Position numbers and translations under genes: made by a program. From Chrysomallon squamiferum (Eukaryota > Animalia > Mollusca): 64,000 nt of DNA. Positions 1 through 15,285 of this stretch are shown piece after piece (within the stretch, counting starts at the first letter, position 1; the number at the start of each line of letters is the position of its first letter). The stretch is from contig CM022670.1 in NCBI GenBank assembly GCA_012295275.1, positions 17,112,001 to 17,176,000 on the forward strand, given 5' to 3'. A model generated the notes under the pieces. That model had not been told where the DNA came from. It ran no database searches and worked only from the letters and a program-made list of their open reading frames with translations.

Positions 1-3000
1 TTTTTTAGAGACGTCGCTGTGTACTGGTTGCTTGTAGCATTCAAAAAAAAACCCAGTAATTATAAATTAAAAGATATTATGTTAAAAATAAATTTAAAAT
101 ACAGCAATCAGTATGATTGAATGATGTTATGACACTATTTGTAAAAAAAAAATTAGTGGATTTAAAATATCATGTAACAATATTATTCTGTTGTTATAAT
201 TTTGTTATTAATGATTAGGCCTATGTAATTATAGAGGGCTCATAATTTAAAATAAATAATAATAATAAATAAATAATTAAATAAATAATAATGATAACAA
301 CAACAACAATAATTATGTTAATAAATAAATAAATAATAATTTGTTAGTATAAAGGATTTTTTTAGATAGTTCATTCATATCATCACAGATACACTTTGAA
401 TTGTGAAGTTTTTAAACAAAAAAAGTATAAATAATACATTTTTCTCTTTTATCTGAAATTTTTTTTCATGTACATAGATAGCATTCATCATCATCATCAT
501 GTTTTATTTAAACACTTACCTTCATCACTTCATTTTATTAATTGTACAAAGTACACACACATACATCTTTTGATATATGATTTATTTTTGTACCATACCT
601 GTAAATATCTGTTATTTACAAACTGCTATTTATTAATTTATGTATCATTATTTCACTGCCAACTTCTGTCAAAAAAAAAAAAAAAAAAAAAAAAAATGTA
701 TTCAGAATTCAACAACACAGAATATTTACTTAAAGAAATTTTGAGTATAAAAAATTTGAATTTTTGCTTTTGTCAGTATTTAAAAGGAAGGCTTACTAAG
801 TACTGAAACAATTTTGCAAGTTTCATGAATTAATATATTTTTTAGTAGTTCACTAGTTTAATGAAATCTTTATTTCATACAAACAAACCAGTGAGATGTA
901 ACAAGCTCATAAACTATTTTCACACATGTTTGTAAAAATGCAAATCTTGCTTACAGTTATTGATTCAAGCACCAGAAAGGTAAACAGCTATCAGATTATT
1001 TAACAGTTTCAGTTTTGTTTTCAATTAATTATTTTTTTTCACTATGCATTAACAGAACTGAACGATTCTAGTGCTTAAATCAGCAACTGAAAACAATTAA
1101 TGCTAATAACAGCTGATTTCTTTAATAAAAACCAATTTATTTTATTACAAAAATGTTTTTGTTTTTATTTAAATAACACCTGGTGAATCTCTGGGCAAAG
1201 TAATGCATTGGGGCCCCTGCGTTCACAACCATGTGAAATTTACTGACCCACCCCACACCCAGCCACAGCATACAGGCCTGTGTGTTCCCTGCACCAGTGT
1301 GTTATCTGGGTATCCAACTGCATACCCAGGGCAACCACACCTTAAGATAGCTTTGATGTGTTGTTTTACATGCATTAGTGTTTCAAATTTATAACAAAGT
1401 AATTTTTGATTTGAACTGAGAAGAAATAGTTTTGTCAGCCAACAAAATCAGATATTAAAAATAGGTTATCACCCCAAGAAAAAAAATAACATTTTCTTGA
1501 AAAGAATTGTTTATGTTTGTTTATGAATAAACTGGTTCTATTCAGAGTATTATAGACATTTTTTTTTTGGTCTTTTATCTTTAAATTTATATTCAAAATT
1601 TTGATTGGGTTATTTTGTAATATTTTTTAATGGCTTGGTTAACACACACACACAAACACACACACACACACACACACACACAATTCTCTGCCTTCTTACA
1701 ACAAGTTACAGCAAGAGTTGTGACATAACTCTGTCCATACAGAAATAACAACATTAACAACAAACCTTTGTTGTGTCCTGTAACAGAAACAAGCCACATC
1801 TAACTCATTAGAACACCAACAAACAATATTATCATTTCATAAGCACAGTTTATTATAAACCCATAGCAAAAAAACTCAGTTACAGTCAATTACCAAACAA
1901 CATTTGCCATTGGCAATTAACTCAGTTCTATAGACCATTTCAGTGAAAGCTTCTCAAGGTAAATATTTGTAATAATATTGACAGTTGATTACCTGTGTGT
2001 TCACACCTGACAGAACTCACCTGGTTCTTTTTACTAATAATTTCTGTGATTTTTCTCAGCTGAATAAATAAAAATTGTTTATAAATAAATTTATGTTTTA
2101 AGTTAAAAATGGCTGAATTATGAAGGATATTTCTTTTTTTAGACCAAAGTGATCAGGTGGATTTTTTTTTATAATTATGACAAATGATTTTGACATTTAT
2201 TATTATTATTATTTTAATTTATATTCATATTTATTAAATTTGTTATTAGTATTATCATTGTGTGTGTGTGTGTGTTGTGTGTGTGTGTGTGTAAAAAAAA
2301 AAAAAATCCTTTTCTTTTTCTACTATAACATAAAGTTCAGCTTAACAATACTACAAACAGGCAAGAAAGATATTTCTAAAATTTTATTTTGTTTTAATTT
2401 ATTTTTTATTTCATTATTTGTTTATTTATTTATTTCAATTTTATTTTATTTATTTATTTATTTACTAATTTTAATTCAATTTTAATGTATTTTATTTTAA
2501 TGAATTTTATTTTATTTATTTTTTACTTTTTTATTTTAAAATTTTATTAAATATTTTATTCATTCATTCATTTATAATTTATTTTATTTAAATTTCATAT
2601 ATTTTGTTTAATTTTTTGTTTTTTCTTTCATATAATAAATATTTTATTTTATTTTATTTTATTTCATTTATTCATATATTCATTCATTATTTTACTTTAT
2701 TTTATTTTTTATTTTATTTTATTTTATTTTATTTTATTCATCCATTCATTCATTATTTACCTAGCTATTTCTGACTAAATAACTACATTACAGGTGTTTG
2801 GTACAAGACAGACATAAAGAAATTACTCAGAAGTTAACAACTGATGGCAAATGACTAACCGTGGAAACATCAAAGTGTTGAGAAAATTTCCACATCATTA
2901 GTTTGACGGCCAGGTAATGGTATTGTCGAGGGGGTGGGTCTGTTAACACCCCAGTGGTCAGAGAGTGGTGACTGTGTCACAGATAAGTGATGGGGACATT

Positions 3001-3118
3001 GTAGTCACATTGCCTTGTGTCCTGGCTATCACATAATTATCAGATTTAACAGCCAGCTTGTAATAATACCTTAGAATAATCTCTTGATAGATGTCTGAAT
3101 TGTCGTGTTGAATGCATA

Positions 3119-3123
<5 letters not shown>

Positions 3124-3169
<46 letters not shown>
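3124..3169. repeat. (TG)n microsatellite
   Basis: Perfect dinucleotide run. Confidence 0.95.
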
Positions 3170-3172
<3 letters not shown>

Positions 3173-5012
3173 TGTTTGCATGTATGTATGAAATACAGAT
3201 AGGATGGTAGGTATGTGTGTGTATGTTTTTTGTGTGTGCATGTATGTGTCTGGGAATGTATGTATGTAATATAGAAAGGGAGGTAGGTATGTTCCTGTGT
3301 CTGTGTTTATGTACATATATTTATATGTATGTATGTATTTATGTACATCTAAATGAGAAAGAAAAAAAGAAATGAAGAAAGAAAAAGAAAGAAAAAAGAG
3401 AAAGCAGAATTTAATATGAATCTTTCCATTTCTAAAATATTTTTGAATGTATTTCAAAAGAAATATGAGTATTCACCAATGTATTAACATAGAATCAGGT
3501 TAAATGAGGATATTTATATCCTTTGTTCTGCGTTGAGATCTAGTTTATCTCAAGAGAAATCTGATTATCACCAGTAACCATTGTTTACATTCTTGTATGC
3601 TTTATTTAAAAACTATTTTTAGAATAAAGAATGAAAAAAACAAAACAAATAAAAAATAATAATAAATTGTTTTTTAAAAAAAAAGATTTCTTACAACCTA
3701 TCAATTCTCACAAAACCAAAAAAGTTCATCTGACAAGTTTGCTTTAAAAAATATTATGATGTCACAAAAAAAACTCTTGTAAATATGTTTCTAAAGAATT
3801 TTGTCCTACTTTTTAGAAAGTAAATAAGCTCATTTTGTATTTGAAAATCTATTCAGAAGGTTTCATTTAGCCTTATATATGTGAGCAAGTTTGAGAACAA
3901 ATGTCATATGAGGGGAAACATTTATTGTGAGAGATTGTTAAAAACCTTACCAATTATGAAAATTATATTTCACCGAAAGCATCTTATGAAAAAAAATAAA
4001 AAAAAATAACATACCAGCCTCATTGTCACCTTAAAAGCAATTATAGGACATTACTATAATGTGTGCATGGTCCAGTGAGTGTACATGTGTGTTTTCAATC
4101 ATATATGGTGCATAAAAAGAAACTCAGCTATTCACTGTAAAGAATATACTGAGAGGAACTCTTGTCAAAAGATTCTATGAAAAAAAAAAATGATGGTGTT
4201 TTGGTTGAGTTAATATTTCACTTCATAAAGGTGAGATGACTAATGTGAATTTCATCTAATCTGAGGGTAGCATTCTGGACTTCCTGCTGAAAGTAAAAAA
4301 AAAAAAAGAGGAAAATGTTATTCAAACATATACATACACACACACATACACACATACATATGACATACATACACACACACACACACATATATATGACATA
4401 CATACACACACACACACACATATATATGACATACATACACAAAATAAAAAATCCTTCTAAGATATTAATAAATATTTAAACATTCTAATAATTATTTTTC
4501 TGCTGCTTGTTAAAACAATAAATAAAAATGTCTTGTCGACTGTATTAGTTATTTAATTTCTGAAAATTCATATCTTTGTTGAATAAATAAATAAATAAAT
4601 AAATAAATAGAATAGTTTAAGTTAAACATGACTGTTTAGATCAGGGATGGTAAATCTAATGATTTTTTAAAACTACACAAATTATTTTTATTGTAAGTAC
4701 CAATACAACAACAATACAATAATAATAAAAACAATAATGTGTGTAATAATGACAGTGATGATGATAATGGTGATGAATATGGAGATGTTGATAATGATGA
4801 TGTTGAAAGTAATGATGGATATGATGCTGATGCTGATGCTGATGCTGATGGTAATGATGACAAGGAAAACATTTCGACTGGTATTTGAGATAATTTAGAG
4901 AAAAAGGTTAAATCTAATTTGACACCAGTTCACACACCAGAATGACATGACTTGACACTGATGTATGCCATGAAAAATAATAAAGTCAGTCTACTAATAT
5001 TTCACTTGCTGG

Positions 5013-5016
<4 letters not shown>

Positions 5017-5078
<62 letters not shown>

Positions 5079-5198
5079 TTTATCAACAATTTAATAGAGT
5101 TAACAACTATAAATAATAAAAATACATACATACATATATACATATTTACATTCATAAATACATACGTACATAGATACATACATACATACATACATACA

Positions 5199-5230
<32 letters not shown>
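5017..5230. repeat. (CA)n and (CATA)n microsatellites
   Basis: (CA)n 5017-5076 and (CATA)n about 5177-5228. Confidence 0.93.
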
Positions 5231-5234
<4 letters not shown>

Positions 5235-6388
5235 TTATAGTTGTCATCTCTATACAAATAAATTCGTGACAATATTAAGCTTGGCAATTTTTGTAAATAT
5301 GACACTATGAGCATAATAATATTAATAAAATGTGTAGTGAATGTATACACACAGAGAGAAACTGACAGATATCAGTAGATACAGACAGACAATTACTTTC
5401 AGTTCAGACAGGACAACATAGGTCAGCTGACACTCAGAACATGCTGGGAAGATAATTGCTGTATTTCAATGAACAGAGATAACCAAAAAAGATAACATTC
5501 ATTAGGAAATATACAAATTTATTTTGGAATAAAGAAATAAATGTCGTATAGCTAGAATGTTTCACTGCCACTAATTTGCTTCAGATCAGAGAAAATGAAA
5601 AATGAAAACGTTTTGTTGTTAACAACACTGCTGAACTTTTAACTTACTTTTTCCAGTGTGCCATTTTATGATTACAATAAAAATATTCTGTGTACTGATA
5701 AAATTAGGATTATTATTTTCATTTTTTACGTTAATCAACAATGAACAATTTAATTAGAATTTCTGATTAATAAACACAACAAATGAGAGCGTGCTTAGTG
5801 ACATTTCAGCTGCTACATGTCACAGAGAAGTAAATAAATAAATAAATTTATAAAAACTAGCGTTGATGGAAGTGACACATCAAATATACGACACAGGCTG
5901 AGTATCCAATATCGTAAACGTATAAATTTGTCGATTATTTTAAACTGCCTAAAACCATAATAAAAATAGTGAAATGTTTCATAAATGATGAATGTGATTG
6001 TGAATATTAATACAATGATTTTAAATTAATTAGTCGTCTAATTATGAGGAAAATAAATCAGTAATTAACAGCTGCAGAGATCTGAACAGTACACACATAT
6101 ATACAGATAATGTTTGGTTTAAAATTTAATGTAACCTATCATTTTTCATATTTGTTTTCCTTCTTTTATTATTAATTTCTTAAAAATGAGAATATCACAA
6201 TTTACTGGTACCAGAAATATTAAATATATATATATAATGAAAACAAAAAATAATTTTTTTTTTTTTTTTACTGTCCCGAACATAGTGGTAATTTTTAGTG
6301 TAAGTTTTACAAATTCACTAGTCAGACTGAGTTTCTGTGTTAAATTATATATTTCTAATGCCACAACAGTGTTAAAGTTATGCTGTGT

Positions 6389-6392
<4 letters not shown>

Positions 6393-6482
<90 letters not shown>
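6393..6482. repeat. (TC)n microsatellite
   Basis: Perfect 90-bp dinucleotide run. Confidence 0.97.
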
Positions 6483-6484
<2 letters not shown>

Positions 6485-6651
6485 AATACATATAGGGAGA
6501 AAAAAAGAAAAAAAAAAATTTCCAATGTTTTTCTTTTCTGTTTTAAATTTTTCAAAGTTATTTGTTATGATAAATTAAAATAATAACTTTTTTTTTTGAA
6601 ATTCCTTCTCCAATATATATATAGATTTAACCCTATCAAAAAAAAAAAAAA

Positions 6652-6687
<36 letters not shown>

Positions 6688-6713
6688 AATAAAATATATA
6701 AAAATAAAAATAA

Positions 6714-6776
<63 letters not shown>

Positions 6777-7312
6777 ATTTTAAAAATCAATTATTAAAAT
6801 TCCAATTTTCATTTTGAATTGATGATAAGAATTATGTAAAAAATTACAATTTATTAAATATACATACATACATACATACATTCATACATGCACAGAATAC
6901 ACACATATATATATTACAGTCAAAACTTAATAGACTTTTCTCTATTAGTTTAACATTTAAAATATTTATTGCTTTAAATAATTTTTAAAAAAGGATTCTG
7001 AAAAAAATAAATAAAAATTAGACTTCAGACCACTGTAAAAAAAATCAGCCCTTAAATAGAAACTCCAGTTCAGTTATTGACAGAGTCTCACAGAAAACTG
7101 TAATTTTGTTAGAAAAGACCACTAAAACTACTAAAAAGACTTGTAAAATTATAATTACATCAGATTGATAATCATACTTAATTAATGCAAACAAACAAAC
7201 AAAAAAGTTTATAATAAGATTAAAAAATTTATGTTTAGTGAGTTGATATAGACTGATAGAGATTTGGGTAGTTCAGTTAATTTTATTTTATATATCCATA
7301 TTTTTATCCATA

Positions 7313-7357
<45 letters not shown>

Positions 7358-8260
7358 ATAGCAAAAAAATAACAGTTAAAGGAATTAAATAATAAAAATT
7401 AACATAATAATAATAATAGCAACAACAACAACAAAAGTATTACCAAAAAAACAACAATTTTTTTTTATTATGCCCTAATATTACTTGCAGTAAAATCCAC
7501 AAAAAAAAAAAAAAAAAAAAAAAATATAAAAAGTAAAAATAAAAATAATATGATACAAAAACAAAACAAAAAATGTACAGCTAACCTTGAGTGTTGTAAA
7601 ACTAACTTAACAAACACGATCTTTAATGAGATCTGAGAAATTCAAACTGTCTTCGTGTTTAAGGGAATATATTTCAGTTCTTAACGTATATCACTTCTCA
7701 AAAACAAGACGCCTCAGGCTGTTGTGACTTTTTGTAAATCTCACTGTAATCCTATACGTCTGACTTTATCTGCTAATTTACTTAGGATATCGTTGTCAGC
7801 TCTGGGGCAATTGCTGCAGGATTTCCCCAATTGACAGCTCCTTCAGCTGACACTGTAATCCCCCAGGATTAATACACACCCTGGCATTTCCTCTTGTTAT
7901 CAAAACATTTCACCTCACAGGATCACCTATCATGCAGTGGTCAATTCCCATGAACAGTGTTTCACGTTCTAACCATGATTCCTTACTGATAATGATTAAA
8001 AGGAAATCAGCATTTCGTCATCATATTAAAAACACAAGAAGAAAATATTTTTTATAATTTAATAATATTTATATGGTTGTAAGAAATTCTGTCAGTTGAT
8101 AATATCTCTTGAAAAAACAGAAATGAACATATATTTAATTTATGTGTACTTTGTGTTCTGGAATAGCTGTATGTTATTATTTTTATTATGTGGAAAACTT
8201 ATATTTATACCAGTACAGTGATTACCAATATGAAACAATTTGTGTTAAGTATTTTAATAT

Positions 8261-8302
<42 letters not shown>

Positions 8303-9472
8303 TAAATAATTTAAAAAAATTATTATTATAATAACAATATTTTTTATAATGGTAATAACAATAATGTAACAAGAATAGTAAAACAACAGTATCAAAACTC
8401 AGTTTAAATAACAATAAGCTATACAAAAAAAATTAGTACAAGTTTACAGTAATGTACATTCAGTATATTTTTGTCTTCAAAACTTTTATTTCTTTTATTA
8501 AATTTTTTCACCAGTATGTGTCCAAATTTGACAAAAAATAATATATATATATATATTCACTATCTATGCACTCACTCACCATTCAATGTTTTTTCATTCA
8601 TCCAATTGTCATTTGTTTTATCTATCCATCCAGAATTTAATTTTTATGTTTTTAATGTTTTGATTAATTCCTTTCATTGTTCTATATATAACAGCTTCTT
8701 TTTAAATTTTCTGACTTTGAAGTATGTTATAAAATAATGTTAATATTTTTTCACTTCTTTTTTTTTTTTAAATTGTTTCACCATAACTAGTTAGTAATTC
8801 ACACTAGTGTGGTCCAGCTCTCTGACTGATATACATCACTACATTACTCATAAGTCAAAGTATACTGTGAATCTAATGGATGACAGACTTTCTCAAACTT
8901 GTTCAGATTTTCAGATTTATTTTGAACAGCAGGGTACATCCTTTCTGTGAGAGTAATTCAGTGTGGTATACCACAGGGCAGTGGTCAACATGGATTATTG
9001 TATTAACTGGCTAATACAGCACTTCTAATTAACACAGATTTATCATAGATTATCTGAACAGAAACACTTTAAACTTGTTAGACAATTATTAAGGCTTTGT
9101 TACTAATTTTTAAAGTGCTAGCAGTATTTGTGAGATATCTATCTCAGTCATTACTGCAAAGTTTACTTATTTAGTTTCTTTGTTGTTGTTGTTTGTTTAG
9201 TTTTTTGTTGTTTATTTTTATTCAGCACTTGTCATGTTCTTCTGTCTTTTAAACTTGAGTGATATTTGTAATCAGCTACACTATTTTTGTCATATTAATA
9301 TCATAATGCTTGTATATATATATCCATCATTTACTTATGATAGATCGTAAGTTATTTCTATGATAATAGTTAAAGATGGCTTAAATATGGAAAATGAATA
9401 TGGAGTTTATAATAGAGAGAGAGAGTGAGAGAGAGAGAGGTAGATAGATAGATAATATAAAGATAGAGTTTA

Positions 9473-9585
<113 letters not shown>

Positions 9586-9844
9586 CACACACAATCATGC
9601 ACACAGACACACAGAGCCAGAGAGACTATATACTAAGTCACGGAAGACTGGGTTTTTTGCATTTTACATGACAGCTATTTCAACCGATGTGTGTTGATTC
9701 TCAAAGTTAATCTGTTTGTACCGAGAAAAACAAACACAACAATAAGCTGAGTTTGTCTTCAGGTCTGTGTATTGTCACTAGCTGCTATTAAGCTGTCATT
9801 AATCTCCAGTACATTGTGGAAGTTTTCTTACACTGACATCTCCT

Positions 9845-10036
9845 CTGTGTCCTGTCACCTTCAGTCTGGTGTAACTTCACTGGACCCCTCTCACACACAG
9901 ACACCCACCTCTTGTGTGTCCTGTCACTTCTAGTAACTTTACTTTACCCCAGTCACACCCAACACACATTTCTCAATGTCCTGTCGCTTTCAGTAACTTT
10001 ACATCTCCATTCCCACACACATAAACACACACACAC
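9845..10036. repeat. Three degenerate ~65-bp tandem copies
   Basis: tgtcctgtc(a/g)c.tt..agt...aactt.ac...cccc...cacac at about 9848, 9917, 9977. Confidence 0.65.
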
Positions 10037-10649
10037 TGGCTTGTTTATTTTATTATATTAATTTCAAATGAAAGGATAAAATACTGATAATATTTCAGAC
10101 TTCACTTTCATTATTAATAATAATATGCATAAAATCATACAAATTTTAATAATAAAGAGAAAATTAATCAAAACGTTCTACATTACAATAAATTTACTTC
10201 AGTATACCTTTTTTGGTTTTGACATTAGAAGAACTGCATTTCTAACTGACCTTAAACTGAAGTCATTGGTAAAATAATTATGTTAATTTTAACAGTTAAC
10301 AGAATGTCAACAATGGGTCTGGTTTATGATGCTACTGTCAGTGACTTGACAAAACTGAAATGACAGTAATAAGCGATAATAGCTGGCGTTAAACAGTTTT
10401 CACTGAGATAAAAAAAACATCTTACTAGACATAATTAATTCCCGTGGACACTGAAAATCTGACAGGTTGTTTTATGTGGAGTTCTTTATATAAACAGCTG
10501 TTAACATTTGTCACACATACATCATGTTGTGTAACATTCATTTGCTGTATGTAAGAAGAACCCACTGTATTATGTAACAGCTATACAGCTGTACAGACAC
10601 CTCTCTGGTAGCACCACAGAACAGAAACATTAATATTTCACACAAAACT

Positions 10650-10651
<2 letters not shown>

Positions 10652-10729
<78 letters not shown>
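10652..10729. repeat. (GA)n microsatellite
   Basis: Perfect dinucleotide run. Confidence 0.97.
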
Positions 10730-10732
<3 letters not shown>

Positions 10733-10864
10733 TTGTGTTAAAAAGGATGAAGAAAAATTTAACTTTGATTAATTGTTTAAAGTAGTTAATGTTTTTTTTA
10801 ATATGTTATAACATATTGTGGTTATAATAAATGATTAAATATAGAATATTTTTAAATATAATAA

Positions 10865-11225
10865 TGTAAAAATTCTATTATAATAATAAATTATTAAATA
10901 CACCAACATTCAAATATAAAAATATAAAAAAAACCCTAAAATTATTTAAATACACCAACATATACAAATAGAAAAATATATATTTAATATACCAGAATAC
11001 TCACATATAAAAAGGTAATAAAATGTCCATGATTTTAATAAATTATTTGATACACCAACATATTCAAATATGGAAATATAAAAATTCTCTGATTATAATA
11101 AATTATTTGAAATACCAATATTCAAATACAAATATATAAAAATTCCCGAATTATAATAAATTATTTAATATACTAACATTTTCAAATATAAAAATATAAA
11201 ATTTACATAATAAATTATTTAATAA
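10865..11225. repeat. Degenerate AT-rich ~58-bp tandem repeat (about 6 copies)
   Basis: Recurring aataaattattt(a/g)a..taccaaca..ttcaaatata.aaatataaaaatt, e.g. near 11041, 11101, 11159. Confidence 0.75.
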
Positions 11226-12299
11226 ACATGCTTCCAGTTAAATTAACCAACAAATATAAGAATCAACATTTTAAAATATTTTAACATGAAATCGGAAAAT
11301 AAACATAAATACTGAAAATAAACATGAAAACTGGAAATAAACGTACATAAACCGAATACAAACGCTCATCAGAATAAATTACGATTTACGCCAAACAGAC
11401 AGTAATTCTGTTACAGTCACAAACGCATGACGTAGGACATTACACATCTTACATAAGTAGCGATTTTGGTTTTTTTGCTACCAAAACACTTTGCGCTGAT
11501 CATTTTCTACTTAGTGGCCCCATTAAGTCTCTCTAACCGCATACATTCTCACTTAAAGCATTACCACTGAAAGCTATATTGCTGTTTAACAGCCGCTCAG
11601 CATTGTACGTGGACGAGACCCAGCCTGTAATTAGGAAGAATTTGGTAACAAGAGATGATCTAATGGTTTGCAGTAATGACGTTTAACGGTGTACAGCACA
11701 TCTCTGCTAATGGCGCCGGCTATCGGTGAATTCAAGGTTGAAATGGAGAACAATTCCAGTGACCTGCTGTTAGCCCAGTGTCCAGTCAGCTGGATGCGAT
11801 GCGGTTAAACACATTTTAATTCGACTTGCCTGCAGAGTGGCAGTCCTCTCTGAGGACCAGTGCTGGGTGTAAAATGTGAGATGTTCCACGCCATGCAGTG
11901 CCAGGCCGTCTTTGGAACCTTTCATCTTGACAGCCGTTTTTGTGAAATGTTTTAAAAGTTAAAATTTATGTGTCGTCGTTCAGATGTAATTACACAAAAA
12001 TCTTCTTTTTCTGTCGCTGTCATTTTATATATATATATATATAAGGGTAAATTTGTTAATTAAAATAAAAATATTTATAAATTATTTTCTAAAAACATTA
12101 TTTCTTTCATCTTATAGAGACAAAAGACATAATCTTTTAAGATGTCTGGAAATTCGTAATTTAATGTAAAATGATATACAAATGTTATTTATCGAAATCT
12201 GGCTTATAACAATTCACTACAATATAATACTTTGAAACTTACCAGTATTATTAACCTTTCTGAGGAAAGTATGTATGATTACAAAATATAAAATATGAT

Positions 12300-13520
12300 A
12301 TCTGTTAACTCTGTACAGACTATCTAGTCATGTAGTTTGTAAACGCTGTACAGAGTCTAGACACGCAACATGTACAATCTGTACAGACTGTCTATTCATG
12401 TAGTTTGTAAATTCTGTACAAACTGTCTAGTCACACAGTGTTAACTGTACAGATAGTTTAGTCATGTAGTGTGTAAGCTAAGTAAAGACTGTCTAATCAC
12501 ACAACTCTACAGACTGTACAGACTGTCTAGTCACACAGTGTTAACTGTACAGACAGTTTAGTCATGTAGTGTGTAAGCTAAGTACATACTGTCTAATCAC
12601 ACAGTTTTCTACATACTGTCTAATCACACAACTCTACAGACTGTACAGACTGTCTAGTCACACAGTGTTAACTGTACAGACAGTTTAGTCATGTAGTGTG
12701 TAAGCTAAGTTCAGACTGTCTAATCACACAATTCTACAGACTGTACAGACTGTCTAGTCACACAGTGTTAACTGTACAGACAGTTTAGTCATGTAGTGTG
12801 TAAGCTAAGTTCAGACTGTCTAATCACACAACTCTACAGACTGTACAGACTGTCTAGTCACACAGTGTTAACTGTACAGACAGTTTAGTCATGTAGTGTG
12901 TAAGCTAAGTTCAGACTGTCTAATCACACAACTCTACATAGTGTGTAATCACACAACTCTAAACTCTGTACAGACTGTTAGTCATGTAGTTTCTTAACTC
13001 TGTTCTAACTGTATTCACCCAACAGACTTTCTAGTCACGCAGTTTGTAAATCACGTAGTCTGCTAACTGTGTCCAGCCTGTTTAGTCCCAAAGTTTGTAA
13101 ACTGTGTACAGACTGTTTAATCGTACAGTTTGTAAACTGTGTAAAGACTGTCTAATCGTACAGTTTGTAGACTCTGTACAGACTCTTGTCACGCAGTTTG
13201 TAAACTGTGTAAAGACTGTCTAATCGTGTAGTATGTAAACTGTGTCCAGACTGTATAGTCACAAAGTTTGTAAACTCCGAACAACTTTCTGGTCGTACAT
13301 TTTGTACACTGTATACAGACTGTCTAGTCATACAGTTTGTAAACTCTGAACAACTTCTAGACTTATACTGTAAGCTGTGTACATATTGTCTAAGGACAAC
13401 TTCTAGTTTGTAAGCTGTGTACAGACTAATCGTGAATCGTGTAAACTCTGTACAAACAGTCTAGTCAGACAATACGTAAACTCTGCACAGTATCTAGTAA
13501 CGCAGTTCATAAATTCTGCG
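12300..13520. repeat. Minisatellite array of ~33-35-bp monomers with a central 100-bp higher-order repeat
   Basis: Monomer approx. aaactctgtacagactgtctagtcatgtagtttgt; near-identical 100-bp units start at 12641, 12741, 12841. Confidence 0.92.
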
Positions 13521-13876
13521 GATACCTGCTGATTTATCGCTGCAGAAACTGTTTTCAGTAAAGAGACAGTACAGACTGAACGACACACTTTTAATGATGT
13601 GTTCCCCAGTCTCTTGTGTCGCTGCCTGCTGTTATATTTTCAGTTTAATGTTGAAAACATTTACCACACTCATTAAACACACAATGCGATAAAGACATCG
13701 CCTTTAATAAATCGTATTCATATTGTAGTAGAGAGAAAATATTATCCATTGAAATTCTGATTTATGCTGAAGCTGTGAAGGTTATTTCTTTTTTAATGGC
13801 ATATATTTTAGAAAAATAGCTACGCTTTCTGTTGCCATTAAAAAAAATAAAGAAAAGAAACATTTTTTCTTTCTTG

Positions 13877-13909
<33 letters not shown>

Positions 13910-14199
13910 TGCTTTTTGCTCAGTTTATATTTAATTTCCGTCTTTATTACTGTGCTAGCTTTAAGAGTGGTTGAACGTATCATTGTTTTGTTGGTATATT
14001 TGCACATAACGAAAACAATTTTGTACTTCATAATGGCAAGATTAAATTTTATAAATTTATATAAACTGAATTTATGAACAAATAAAACGTCTAAAAAAAA
14101 TTTTTTACGGTAATTTCACTTCCATTATAACATTTATGATTTTAAAATTTTTTAAACCATATGAAATAACTTCATACATTTTATTACAAACATTTTGCA

Positions 14200-15285
14200 T
14201 TTAGTTTTAGTACTAACATTATCTATTTTAATACTAATATTATTATATTTAGTTTTAGCACCAAGCAGTATCAATTTAGTTTAATACTAACGTTATTACA
14301 TTTATTGTTAGAACAAGTTGTATCAGTCTATTTTAATACTGACATTATTAATTTAGAGTTAGTCTCATGTTTGTAACAATTTGTTTTAATACTAACATTA
14401 TTACATTTAGCATTAGTATCGCGTTCTATCAGTCTATTTTAATACTAACATTCTTAGTGTATTTTAATACTAACATTATTACATTTAGCTTTAGTATCGC
14501 GTTCTATCAGTCTATTTTAATACTAACATTCTTACATTTAGCTTTAGTATCGCGTTCTATCAGTCTATTTTAATACTAACATTATTACATTTAGCTTTAG
14601 TATCGCGTTCTATCAGTCTATTTTAATACTAACATTCTTACATTTAGCTTTAGTATCGCGTTCTATCAGTCTATTTTAATACTAACATTCTTACATTTAG
14701 CTTTAGTATCGCGTTCTATCAGTGTATTTTAATACTAACATTATTACATTTAGTTTTAGTATCGCGTTGTATCAGTCTATTTTAATACTAACATTATTAC
14801 ATTTGTTTTTAATATCGCGTTCTATCAGTCTATTTTAATACTAACATTATTACATTTGTTTTTAGTATCACATTATATTAATTTTAATACCAACATTATT
14901 ACATTAATTTTAGTATCACGACATATCATTTTTTTTTATATACTGATATTATTACATTTAGTTTTAGCACCAAGTTGTATCAGTTTATTTTAACACTAAC
15001 AGTATTACATTTAGTTTTACTGGCGACTTATATTAGTTTATCTTTTGAATATTAACAATTTAGTATTAGTACCAATTGTATCAGTTTATTTTAGTACAAA
15101 CATTATTATATTTAATTGTTGTATCACGTTGTATCAGTCTATTACAATACTAACATTATTACATTCAATATTAATAGTATTATATTTAATTTTAGTATAA
15201 GTTGTATCAGTCTATTTTAATACTATCTGTATTCTGTTTGTATCAGTCTATTTTAATACTATCTGTATTCTGTTTGTATCAGTTT
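14200..15285. repeat. 53-bp minisatellite array
   Basis: Unit tatcagtctattttaatactaacattattacatttagctttagtatcgcgttc recurs at 53-bp spacing (e.g. 14611, 14664); degenerate copies at both flanks. Confidence 0.92.

Noticed and set aside
2794-2913. Exon-like segment (tacag|...cag|gtaatg)
   Set aside because: Stops in all three frames and no linked exons; could only be non-coding.
12300-15285. Regular repeat arrays as CRISPR
   Set aside because: Eukaryotic context, no unique spacers, no cas genes.
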